A DNA stretch of 64,000 nt from NCBI RefSeq assembly GCF_009914755.1, contig NC_060925.1, one strand, 5' to 3'. Of this stretch, positions 52,223 to 64,000 are shown one piece after another. The DNA is from the human T2T-CHM13v2.0 reference genome, Homo sapiens. The stretch's first letter is position 1. Every line of letters begins with the position of its first letter. The notes under the pieces were generated by a model. The model did not search any database and had not been told where the DNA came from. It saw only the letters and a program-made list of their open reading frames with translations. A program made the position numbers and the translations under genes.

Positions 52223-53003
52223 CATTTTCTTACCCAGGAGGTAGTCTCATGTAAATTAAGAGAAACGTCTCTTCCAGCAAATGCTTGTCTCCTAAGGCTG
52301 TCCACTTCCTTAGTTCAGGCATCTGTGGGGAGGTTTTTGGAATCCTGGAGGGAAGAGTTGGCCAAGCTTTAGGGTGGATCAAGGAGGCCACATCTCTACA
52401 TAGTTACCTGCTTTGTATCCATTGCTCCAATAGGGTCTTCTACCTTCTGGTAGTCTCCATAATACCAGAGGGATCAGGATTACTTCCTTGTATGCAAGTC
52501 TTCACTAAATCCCAATGCTTACTGAAGGAAGTGGCAAACCTCTTAAGCTGATTTTTAGTTTTTTAGTTTAAAAGACCTCTCCAGCTACTTTCTTTAGATA
52601 AATTATCGTTTAATATGTTGGTTTTTGCTCCCACATCTTACCATAACTTCCGTATTCTTCTCTCTGTGAATTCTATAAAATAGTAAGAATACACAGTACA
52701 AAAAGGCACACTCAAAGCCAGAGAGAGACAGTGAAGAAGAAGAAGGAGGAGAGAGAGAGACAGATTGAGAGAGAGAGAACTTAGGAGAGAGCTATAAGAT
52801 GTTGTAAAATTGTGAAATGATACTTACACTCTCCCAAAAAAAGAGTGTGGCAGATATGAATACTTCCTATTCCTCATGCACCCACAACAGACTATGATCC
52901 CTTTGCCTTTCTCAATTTCCCTTGAATTTCTCTTGTATATTTTCTGACATTTGTGCAAATTAAGACAAATTATTGATACCCAACATTCTCTAACAAATAA
53001 AAA

Positions 53004-53006
<3 letters not shown>

Positions 53007-53043
<37 letters not shown>
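53007..53043. repeat. (AT)~18 microsatellite
   Basis: Read directly. Confidence 0.97.
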
Positions 53044-53046
<3 letters not shown>

Positions 53047-54744
53047 AGCCATAACCGGGTAGATAAAAATTATATAGATGTTTGTGTTTGCAATGAACAG
53101 ATAGAAATATCCACTGATGTTATTATCTAGAAAAAAAATTTGTGATGACCTGCCTAGTTTTCCAAAAATTTACAACACAAACAACAAATCGATTTCTTTT
53201 TGCATAATTCACAGCTTATTTTGGCATCACACAAACTGCATATTAAATCAAACGTAACATTTTGTCATTGTAGTGAACATAACATTAAATTAAGTATGTT
53301 CCTCTTGGGCTTCACATTATAAATAATAGCATCAATGATATTCTAATTCCTGGTTTATTATTATTTTTTTAAAATGAACAATGATATGAAAATTTATGGT
53401 AGCAAGACCATATCACCACATAATTCTGTTGAGTGATATAAAAGATCCATTTATTGATTGTGATAATCTTAGAGGCCTATGTTACTTTATCGTCAGAATT
53501 TTAAAATAAGTAAGAAAGGAGAGATTTCTCATTGGAGCCTTACTGAGACAGTTTCAGGCATATGAGAATTAAAGGAATGCATTAAACTTGAAAGTCAGGC
53601 TTAATCTATCTAGTGGAAAAAAAATCTTTTTAAAAGGTTCCAAAATACTCAACACAGATCAACTCACTGATAAAATTATAATATTTCTCATGTATCCTAT
53701 TTTATTCACCCAGCAATGGGGATCCCTGAAATCTTGGGTCACCCTATTATGATTGCAGTAGCTGCACATGGGCGGGGTCCACTCTTTTTTTTTTTAAAAA
53801 AATAATTCTTCTTAAACAGCCTACCAGGAAAGAATAAAGACAACCCAGTGAAATGTGTGACAGATGGAAACCCAGATGCAAAGCTAAGTCACAGAGGAGT
53901 CAAGATTTCATTGGAGATGAATTTGGTTGTGCTCCCAGGGACAGAGATTAAACCACTCAACCATAGCACTCAGTGCCCAGATAAAGGATTCAGATTCATT
54001 TCAGGTCCACAGAGGTGGAGGAAAAGATTTCAGAATCTACCAAACAGGCATAAAAAAACAGATGTAAATTAAATATGTTAAATACTCAAAATACCCAATG
54101 AAGAGATTAAAATTTGCTTGTATTAGAATATACAGAAAATATTTTTGCATCACTGTTCTCAAAGGAGGCCAAATGTTTAAAATATTGTGTTAAAATAGTT
54201 TTTCCCAATTATTCCCTACTATACCAATTGCAAAATTTCTCCCGTTTCTGTGTTTAATAATATGTAGTCAAAAATGATAAAAATTCTAAAACCAGCATCT
54301 ACACAGAAGCTCTTTTAACATCAAATTGAAAGCTTGATCCTTATCATTTAATAGGAATTTAATAGGAAATGAACGATTTATTTTTTGAGTTAAGAAACTG
54401 TTTCTTAAATTTAATCTTCTATTTTTTAAAACAATGCCATGAGTAAAATTTACTTGAAGCAATTCATTGCTAGAATCATCATCTCTTGGCATTTCAACAC
54501 AATGAAGCCTATAGTTTGTAATAAATATGTCAATTCTACAACTTTTAAGAGTAGATACTTTAAACCATGTGTAAAAAATGAATCTCTACAATGTTTTCCT
54601 TTAGTTACACTTGTGAAGCATTTCATATTCTCAAACTTGAGGTGGAGAAAACTCTGATTTCCTTAAAACATCTTAACATTTAACAACTTTAGTCATACAT
54701 GCAATGTGAATAAATACAATCTCTGAATAAATGTAATATTCCAA

Positions 54745-54797
54745 ATGCCTTTCATAGTACCTGGCACATGATATATGTTCAATAAATGCTTATTAAA
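54745..54797 (+). mobile_element. L2/MIR 3' tail fragment
   Basis: catagtacctggcacatgatatatgttcaataaatgc. Confidence 0.55.
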
Positions 54798-56293
54798 AGT
54801 AAAATTGTCTCCTAGATACAAAGATGGGAAGAGGTGGCATTAGGAAAATGCCATGTACAGAGATTTACGGATTTGTGTGTGTATTGATTACTATGTCTAA
54901 CGGGTAAAGCATTTTAGACAGTCATTTGAAGCCAAAAGAAACAGGAAACTGTATCATCTCTCTTTTACACTTGGGCCAAGAGATAAAGGGAATCTACTAT
55001 CACACAAAAGGAAATAGTAAAACTTATGCCTGAGGAACTATAAACTCATATTTTACAAACAGGCATTATCTTCTCTATTAAATTTGTGTGTGTGCATCTA
55101 TGAGTCAATGTGCATATAATTATCTGATAAAAAACTATTTAAAATGTGTATGTATATATTAATGTGAATAATGGGGATAGCTTCCCAAGGATATATATTT
55201 GGAACCTATTTCTTTAACAAAATTATTTTAAATACCCCGTAGCTGCCTTGATAAATGGTAGCGCTTTAGAGAAAAAAGATTATTCTTTGGCTGAAGCTCA
55301 TTACTGTCTCTTTATCTAGGACTTAGAAGAACTGCTAGCCGGGCTAAATCTCTCTGAATATATATCTTATGCTGTCTGAGGAATAAATCACGCCCTAACA
55401 TTTCTAACTCTGTGTAACTGTTTGAAGGGTTGCATTGCATGTTGCACATTCTATAAGTGCTTCTCTTCCTTATTATTCTTCACGAAGATGTAAATGGACC
55501 ACAGGTGGACAATAGCAGGTGCCTCCTTCATGCATCTCTCCCATATGAAGAAAAGCAAACGTCTCTGTCTAGTGTACTTTGGGACTGGATAATTGCCCTC
55601 TCTTCTCGCTAAGCTAATTTTATATAAAATGGACTCAAGTATGACAGAAAGAAAAACAGAAAGGGATTCTATGAGAAACAGCACAAAATTGAAGTGGATT
55701 CTTTGGGGAACCACAGTGCTGTAGTAAATTAATGAAAATATATTTTCATTCTACTTATGTGCAAAGCATTATCTTGTGTTTCCAAATCATTACTGCGTAA
55801 AAAACTCCAGTTTATGCCTTACCTTTGCCTGCTTTAAAAACGTTACTATTAGACAATACAAATTATCAAATCAAATCAGAGTCACAGGAATCATAGATCT
55901 AACTAATACCAAATTTTACGGATAATGTGAAGGATACTGGTAATTATAACAAACAGAAAAAAAAATAGAGAAATTTGACCAACAATGCAGGTGCCCTTTC
56001 TTCTTCTATTAACACATTTTTTATTTCAAAATTAACATGTAAGGGGCTAATACATGCATCAGGACATTACTTGCACAAAGGTAACCCTTTTGTTAAGGAT
56101 TATTTCCTATTAACATTTCATTAGCCTGTGTAGACCAGGTACAACCGGCTAGAAGCATTTCATATGTAAGGATTCTATTACTACCACATATTGTTACTGT
56201 ATTGCCATTAGCAATTTTGCAAGAGTTTTTGAACAAATCATCTTTTTCTGTCTTTCCCAGGCACCTCCTGTAGAGAGAGGAAATAGATTAGGC

Positions 56294-57120
56294 TGTTAGA
56301 GCTATAAAAATACCCTAAAAGTGTTTTTTCTACTCTCTACTCTCATGCGGTCACATATCTGGTATCAGACGATACCAGACCAGATATGTGAGGCATGTTT
56401 CCCCACACACCAACCAATCAATTCTGCAGTGGATACCAGCCAGATGTCTTTTAATTTAAATCAATTGTGACGCTCTCTATATGATGAAGGCTTAGTCTCA
56501 CAATACAGTCCCCCACTTTAGACCGCAGTTGCAAGTCTGGGCCACCACAAACTTCTGACCAACTGGCTATAAATCAGGGTTCCCACAACTTCCTCCTTGG
56601 GTTTGATTCATTTGCTAGAGCTGCTCACAGAACTCATGAAAACACTTTTGTGTATTGGTTGATTATAAAGCATATTACAAAGAGTGTGGATGAATGGCCA
56701 GAGAGCAGAGTTGCAGAAGGCAGGTGTGTGGGAAGAGCTGCCATGCCCTTTCTGGGCAGGCCACCCTCCAGGAAGCTCCATGAGTTCAGCTATTTGGAAG
56801 CTCATTGGACCCAGTCCTATCAGGTTTTTATGGAAGCTTAATTATATGGGCATGATTGATTAAATCATTGGCCATTGGTGATCAGCTTAACCTTCAGTTC
56901 CTTTCTGTCCCCAAGGCTGGGGATGGAAATGAATATCCCAACTCTCCAATTATGCCTTGGTCTTTCTGGTGACCAGCCCCCATCCCAAGCTATCTAGCCT
57001 CTCCTACCATCAGTCATCTCATCAGCATACAAAAGACATCACTCAAGAGATTCCAAGGGTTTTAGGAGCTATATGTCAGGAAACTGGATAAAGACCAAAT
57101 CTATGCTTCACAATATCACA
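56294..57120 (-). mobile_element. MER21 (A/B-like) solo LTR
   Basis: tgttag...cacaatatcaca termini; perfect 5 bp TSD TAGGC at 56289-56293 and 57121-57125; MER21 core cttctgaccaactggctataaatcagggttccca. Confidence 0.9.
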
Positions 57121-57870
57121 TAGGCCTTCCACGCTAACCCTTTTTTCCACAACCATAACAAGCTTTTTTACCTCTTAAAAGTTGGGAGTTTGTAATTTTT
57201 TCTTATTGTAAAATCACTATACAAACATCACAAATTTGGAAATCCTAGAATGTATTAACACTGAAAAGTTAAAAAAGAGAAAAATCACAGTTCTATATCT
57301 ATGGATAAACTAGTAAAACATGTCTCCAAAACTTGTGTGTGTGTGTATTGATTTGCTTTCTACTTATCATTATATCATCATTGATATCAATGACATCAAA
57401 ATTTCATTGCCTTGTATTCCAATGTGTAGACCTTCTTTCATCTATCATCATTTTAGTTGGTTTGCAATATTTACTTATTTATATAGCACTCTAATGAAAA
57501 CTTTCAATCAGATATCCCTGGGGACATCTCATGATTTTTATTTGATACATTCTTATATGAAACATGTGCAATTAAGGGATTTTAATTAAATATTATAGAG
57601 TGTATAAATTTAAACCACCACTAAAGTATAGTGGTACCATTTTATTATAGCCATTTTATAATCGTATATTCTCTTTGTAAAATATCTAAAGATTTAGAGT
57701 GTTAATACTTTCCATTATGGCTAAAGAATGTGGATAATTAGTTTATTCTTCATGGTCTTTCCTAAATGAGTCTTGAAGATGCTACATCATTTTCATACTA
57801 ATTTGAAAAAACACCACATATTTTAAGATGTTACAATTTTAATAAGTAATATTTTATAATGTTTTATATA

Positions 57871-58098
57871 CAGAGAAACCTGATTTAACAATAGTTTGAC
57901 TTACAAGTTTTCAGTTTTACAAAGGTGCAAAAGTGATATGCATTGAGATGCTCCTCAACTTATGACGGGGTTATGTCAGGATAAACCCATGATAAGTTGA
58001 AAACGCTATAAGTAAAAAAGTGTACATTTGATTTAGGATATTTTCAACTTCCAGTGGGATTATGGAAGAGTAACCCCATCAAAGTCAAGGAGCATCTG
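57871..58098. mobile_element. MER47/Tigger5-family DNA transposon
   Basis: TA-cag...ctg-TA ends; agatgctcctcaacttatgacggggttatgtcaggataaaccc. Confidence 0.8.
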
Positions 58099-58556
58099 TA
58101 TCTTCATAACAGTATATTTTATAATAAAATGGGATGCTTTTGCATAATCCATTGTATAATGGTGCATAGCATATTTATATATCATAAAGTGATATATGTA
58201 TTTAATGCTTATGATATATTGTATTATATGCGGTACATATGAAATATGAAATAGGTATTATATGTTATTTTATGTATTGTCTGTTTATGATCTATATTTT
58301 ATTTTTATTGGTAATAACAATTTTACATAATATATGCTACATAAAATATTTCACTTTTACAATAAATTTTGCAAATTATTTTTCTACTTATTCTATTGCT
58401 ATTTAATTGATTTTTTCACATACTTACAAATTTTATATATTTAAATAAATAATTTTGTACTCTGTTCCCTTTGCATTTCTTCTTTAAAATTTATTCAATT
58501 CAAATAGCTTAAAAAATTTATAATTATATTTGAGTAATATAATTGATTCACTAGTC

Positions 58557-58880
<324 letters not shown>

Positions 58881-59604
58881 TAATGCTGTTATTTCGTTGG
58901 AAATAATTTGACTGCCATTAGCTAGGGAATATTTTTTCAATATCATTATAACTATTGTTTTTATTACAATATTTATAAGAGGTTACCTCTCACTATTCTA
59001 AAATCTTATTTGATTATACACTTGTGTTTGTTTCTGGGATTTTTTTTCTATTTTATTTTTGTCTGTGCAGCATTTCTACAGTATTGATAATTGCTGCTTA
59101 ATAAAATATTCAATATCTGGTATTAGAAATTTATTATTGCTTTTATTTTCCAAAGTGTGTTAATTATCTTTAAGTCCTTCTTTGTCCAGAAATTTAGAAT
59201 TATGTAGACATGTCTTCCCCATTCCTTCTACCTTTAAGACTATGTTGGAACTTCCATTACATTTCTGAATCAATTTGAGGTAAAAAATTACAAACAGAAA
59301 ACAGTACTGTTGACTCTGGTGGGGTTTAGATTTCATCTTGAAGATAAAGCTGGTTTTCTTTCAAAGGGAGGAGTTGGATGAAAATTGGGAGACTTTAGAA
59401 CAATGTAAATTTGAAATCATAAGTTGTTTTCTTAAAGGAAGCTAAAGATGCTTCTCCTAACTCTCAGCTTTAAAGTATGGGAGAGGAAGGAGTTAGGGCT
59501 ATTTGTTAAAAATAGATCAGCATTCTAGATTCAAACCCCTCCCCTTCCTGTATGGAAGGAGAAATGAACAAGAAAGAGACTCTCAGGAAGTTACCAGGAT
59601 GATG

Positions 59605-59606
<2 letters not shown>

Positions 59607-59647
<41 letters not shown>
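59607..59647. repeat. (GT)~20 microsatellite
   Basis: Read directly. Confidence 0.97.
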
Positions 59648-59649
<2 letters not shown>

Positions 59650-59929
59650 GCAGGAAAGAGACCACTATTAGTCAGTAAATATTTAGCTCTAGCTAACGCA
59701 GTGAGTATGCCTTTTTTCATACCATTACATCAAAAAACAGGTACTGAACCTCAGAAGGGAGAAATATTTTTCAGGTAGAAATCCAGCACAAGAATGAAAA
59801 AGTCATACACATTTCAAAAATCTTCGAAGAAAATTAAGGATAATGCATTTTTATTTTAATTGAGGAAATATTTATTTAAAAGTTATAATAATTATAGCTA
59901 TAAAACATGAAACTAATTTTACTGTTAAA

Positions 59930-60600
59930 ATTGTAAAAGTACTAAATATGAAGAAGCTATACAAAATAAATATATTTGTAACACATACAACAGACAAAAT
60001 ATTGGTTTCTAGAATATGTTTCAAAACCACTACAAATTAATAAAATCAACAGAAACATTAACTGAAATTCATGAGAAAATTAACAGGAATATTCAGTAAA
60101 CATATGAAAACATATTCAACCTCAGTAATAATCAGAAAAATTTAAATTACTACCAAGTAAATTAGTATTTTTTACATATTGATTTTAAAATAAAATGTGT
60201 GATAAGACTAAGTGTTGGCAGGTTATGTAGCCACAGACATCATTACATATGGCCAGAGCGAGTCTACCCTGGTAATCTCCACCTTAGACAAATAATTATA
60301 ATCTAGCATTGCAAAAAAGAAATAACACATATCTACCAGAGATATACACAACAATTTCATACCAGCATTGTTAGTAATTAGAAGAATTATAAGCAATCTA
60401 TGTTGCAACAGTAGGAAAATGGATAAATGAGCTGTAGTACATGTATAAAAGAGTCAAAACAGAGAAAATGAATGAACTAGAACTACATCTTTAACATATA
60501 TGAATACTTTTCAAAAGAAAACAATCTGCTTGAGATTATATACAATATTTTCCTATTTATACAAGGTTTAAAACAGAGAAACAATATTATAAATGTGCAG
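59930..60600 (+). mobile_element. Old L1ME-like ORF2-end/3' fragment
   Basis: aaacatatgaaaacatattcaacctcagtaataatcagaaa; aaaatggataaatgagctgtagtacat. Confidence 0.7.
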
Positions 60601-60609
60601 TGATACCTG

Positions 60610-60934
60610 TGTTGCAGGACTTTTCCTCAGTCAGCTAAAGGCATCTTTGTCCGTCCCACAGCCACAAAAATTTAGGCTTGCAGATGGTTTGAAGGGTGAG
60701 TGAAGCAGGGTTTTATTGGGTGAAAAGGGAAAAACGGGGAAACAGGGATGCTCTGCAAAGCCGGAGTCCCTGCTAGAGCGCTTCCTGCCAAGCCAGTGGA
60801 ATTTCAGGTTCCACACAGGAAGAGGAGGGGCCAGGCTGCTCCCAGCTACAAATGTCATCAACTTCCTGAGGTTCCACCCTAGTGCACAGGCCAGATGGAG
60901 TTTTCCAGAGACCCCCTCCCACCTGGCTGTCTTA
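60610..60934 (-). mobile_element. MER61-type ERV1 LTR (3' LTR)
   Basis: Minus strand taagacagccaggtgggagg...cccAATAAAaccctgc...aaagtcctgcaaca; polypurine tract (minus strand agacgggggaa) directly adjacent at 60935-60945. Confidence 0.85.
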
Positions 60935-63900
60935 TTCCCCCGTCTAAAGAAGTACATATAACTGCTGTTAGAATAAGGATAAGCGTAAGAATGAAGACCA
61001 GTGTTAACTGCTTCCTGATGACAGGGGGCACTGTTTTGGGGAAGCATCAGTCAGAGGCCCATGTAAGGGTTCCCCGCAGAAGGGGCCATCCTCAGAGGCT
61101 CTGGTTGGGTGACTGGTTGGAGTTTGATGGCCTGAAGGCAAGAACAGACGAACCAGGTTATTAGAAAACATGTATCAGAATGAAACAAGGGGAGGGGTAA
61201 GGAGAGCTCAAAAATCCCGAGGCCTTTTACCAGTTTGCAAAGGGAGAAGGAGGCCAAAAGCTTGACCGGTAAAAAAAAACTTCACCCTTTTGCCGGCACA
61301 CTGGGCTTCTGTGTTCCCTTCCCCTGAGCCTAATCTCAAGCCAACCAGTTCAAGGTTTGGGAAATTAACTCTTTCCAGTTTGGAGGATGCATCTGAGATG
61401 AGTGTCCCATAGTACAGGGACACAATTACCTATCTGTGAAAAAAAGACAGAGAAGGGGAAAGGAAAAGAGAAGGCATTTTTTAAAGGAGTCCCAGGGATT
61501 CAGGATGCATTTGAAAGCGGTACAGAGTGAAGATGAATGGCTACCCATCTAGAAAGGTGAGCAGGCATCCATGGTTCCCTTCACTTCCTAACAGATACCC
61601 GGGGTACTTCAGGGAGTGATGGAAGAGCGTCCTTTTTCCATCTGCTGTCCTTGCATCCCCAAGTTCTGGACAACTTGGCAAGTGCCACCATGAGTACCAA
61701 AGCGGCTTGCACCCATGAAGCTGGGGGGCCTAGAGAATAGGAATTATCTGCTTTCACCTATACCTCTATCACCCCTACTGTAAGTAGCCTTGGAGTTCCC
61801 TAGACCTCTTTCATGCCATGGATATTAACGTGGCCTTTATCCATGAAACAAGAAGCCTGGGTTGGCTTAATGGGCAGGAATCAGCTACACTCACTTGTGC
61901 TGTGCCTTTTAACTTCCATTATTGTCTGCCTCCGGATCCCTCAGATCCAGTTTGACCCAAAGCTTGGGATTGCATGGACTCCTTATGATAAGCTGAATGC
62001 TAAGGTAAAGCTGTGGAAGTGAGTCCTCTTCCAACAAGGGAGAGAAAAGGATGTCTTGTGACACACCCAGATAACTGGTGGCTATGGTTATGCCTGCTAG
62101 GGTTTCGGTGCGTGGTGCTTGGCTTTGGTTAGGGCTCTTGGTCTTACTCTCCCAAAAAGGAAACTTGCTAGTGATGGACATTCTATTTATTCCCATCACC
62201 TGGCAGGATTTGCAGGATAATTGCTCAGAACTAGAATATTGATCCAGATTTCTACATTACCAGATAACACCCCTCTTGTTCTTTCTGAGCTGCAGCTGGG
62301 GATTGCTGGTTGGTTCACAGGAATAAGCAGGGTTAGTCTAAAAATGTAGGCAAAAACTTAAAAACAACTAGTGAGTTTAGAATTTAATGACAAATGTATA
62401 ACTTTTGAAACATAATTTCTCTCCAGTCCTCACTTTTGTTAAGAAAAAAAAACCATGATAAGACCGAGTGTTTTGCAAAATAGACTTTAGCCTTATACTT
62501 GGCCTGATTATTTGCATAATAATTATTTCTACACAGGCCTTTTAGATTGGCTTTGATGGAACTCTGTTCCTCAAGGGATCTCAGATAAGACCTTTTAAAG
62601 CCATCCTAGCCATGGGTTTATTCTCAAATACATGTGAGTTGGGTCATCCTCTCCTCTTACGGTCCCAAGATAAACTTGGAGCTCCTGGACCTGTTAGAAA
62701 GTGACACTCTTTACTGATCACAGGTCAGGAACCCTATACAGGGACTGAGTATGAGGACAGCTTCCGCATGGGGCTTTTATTGGCTCTGCAAGTCAAGATT
62801 GACTCCGTAAAGGGAAGTATGCCCTTCCAGTCAAAGCCTTGGTAAAATAACCAGTTTTTCCAATTGTTTTCTGTTGCAAAAGAAAAATGGATTCTTATTG
62901 CACTGATGCAAACAACTATATTGCCATAAGAATACTCACAGGTAGTTTCCAAATTCTAGAGGAACCAGGCAGAGAGAAACAAACATGCTACAAATTTTGA
63001 TCACAGGAGTGTATACTTTCCTTATTAATGACTGTAAATAGTTCAAAATAAGTTTCCTTGACTGTGAAAAACAAAACAAGGATCAGCAATATTCCAAGCA
63101 AAAGTCAAAAAGATTTGCTTCAGCTTCCTGAGTTCAGTCCATCTAGTTAACTCGTTTTGCTTGGTATTTGTGAATATTTCAGCTCTTTATGAGCCCCATA
63201 AATTTTCCTTTATTTCAATGTTACAATCTCAAAAGCTTTCAGAAGCCTGTATTTGAGAGCACCACCTAAAGTTCTATAGCTTATTATAAACCATCTTTTG
63301 AAAAGGATTAAAGCAAGACAACAATTGTCTGTGAATAGCAAAATGCCCAGGGTAGTGACAGTTAGAAACACAACTGACAAAAATGTTTGGGTATCTCTGT
63401 GGTTTGCAATAACTTAACCTTAATTATGATTGGTAGCATATACTTAGACATTAGAATTTTAGAAATCTCATACAATGTTGGAACATATATTAGCATTATT
63501 TACCAAGATATAACCTAAAGAAGACTGAACATCATTTTGGCAATCCCATGTACCTAAACATGTCAAATAATTCTGTTTACCTCTCTTCTCTGGACACTTC
63601 AGGGGCCCTGTCAAACTACTCAAAAAGCCAGGTGCCGGGGAAGACAATTTTGAAGCTCAAGTTTGATTTTGGGAAGGCTGTTAAATGTTCAAGGTTTAAA
63701 ACACTTGATATTATGAAACAGAATTCCAGATTACCACAAATTATTTGTTTTGCAAAAATGATGACTCAGAAAACGTAAAGAAGCAAAAACCTTTTATAAC
63801 CCTTTACAGATTTTGCCAAAGAGCAGCTAATGCCATAGGAAACCTTTGTTAGGCTTTTATTTCAATGCTCAATTTACAGAAAAACCATATAATACGGTTT

Positions 63901-64000
63901 TTTGAATTTAGTCAATATGTTCACACAGAGAACCTCTTCGGCAAGGTTAATTTTCACAATTCTTCCATCACTTCTTTGAACCCTCAGCTTTTTAATAATT
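60935..64000 (-). mobile_element. ERV internal region (MER61-int / MER4-group, non-coding, decayed); continues beyond the window
   Basis: Adjoins the polypurine tract and LTR; MER4-group internal motifs (cccttccagtcaaagccttggtaaaataaccag, aattctagaggaaccaggcagagagaaac); no intact gag/pol/env ORF. Confidence 0.8.

Noticed and set aside
59300-59600. Possible additional old LTR
   Set aside because: No confident family match, termini or TSD
60631-63778. ERV-region ORFs as env or gag remnants with coding potential
   Set aside because: Short, scattered on both strands, and lacking retroviral protein motifs

Overview
This window is AT-rich, CpG-depleted primate (human-like) non-coding DNA, either intergenic or deep intronic. 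I find no supportable protein-coding gene, RNA gene, CpG island or CRISPR array. The ORFs I can assign derive from L1, Alu, LTR or microsatellite sequence, and the rest resemble no protein I recognise. Much of the window is interspersed repeat: two head-to-head L1PB-type elements (about 6.1-13.6 kb), older L1M/L2/MIR fragments, about a dozen Alu or Alu-monomer pieces, several solo LTRs, DNA-transposon fossils (MER20, MER33, MER44, MER47, Tigger2a), and the 3' LTR plus internal region of a MER61-type ERV at the right edge. The most interesting signals are mutational-mechanism fossils read directly from junction sequence. (1) Two short LTR fragments carry their own polyA tails and 13-17 bp target-site duplications (TSDs), so they look like LTR-terminated RNAs retrotransposed by L1; one has a twin-priming 5' inversion. 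(2) A full-length Alu and about 180 bp of old L1 sequence lie inside one TSD pair, a candidate Alu 3' transduction or chimera. (3) A ~200 bp, ~93% identical inverted duplication has a right copy bracketed by a 21 bp direct repeat and snap-back filler. (4) Several short templated-inversion scars are scattered through the window. Repeat-poor stretches hold homeodomain/POU/SOX motif clusters that may be enhancers. Repeat subfamily names come from my memory of consensus sequences and need RepeatMasker/Dfam confirmation. I do not see evidence for a new gene system.
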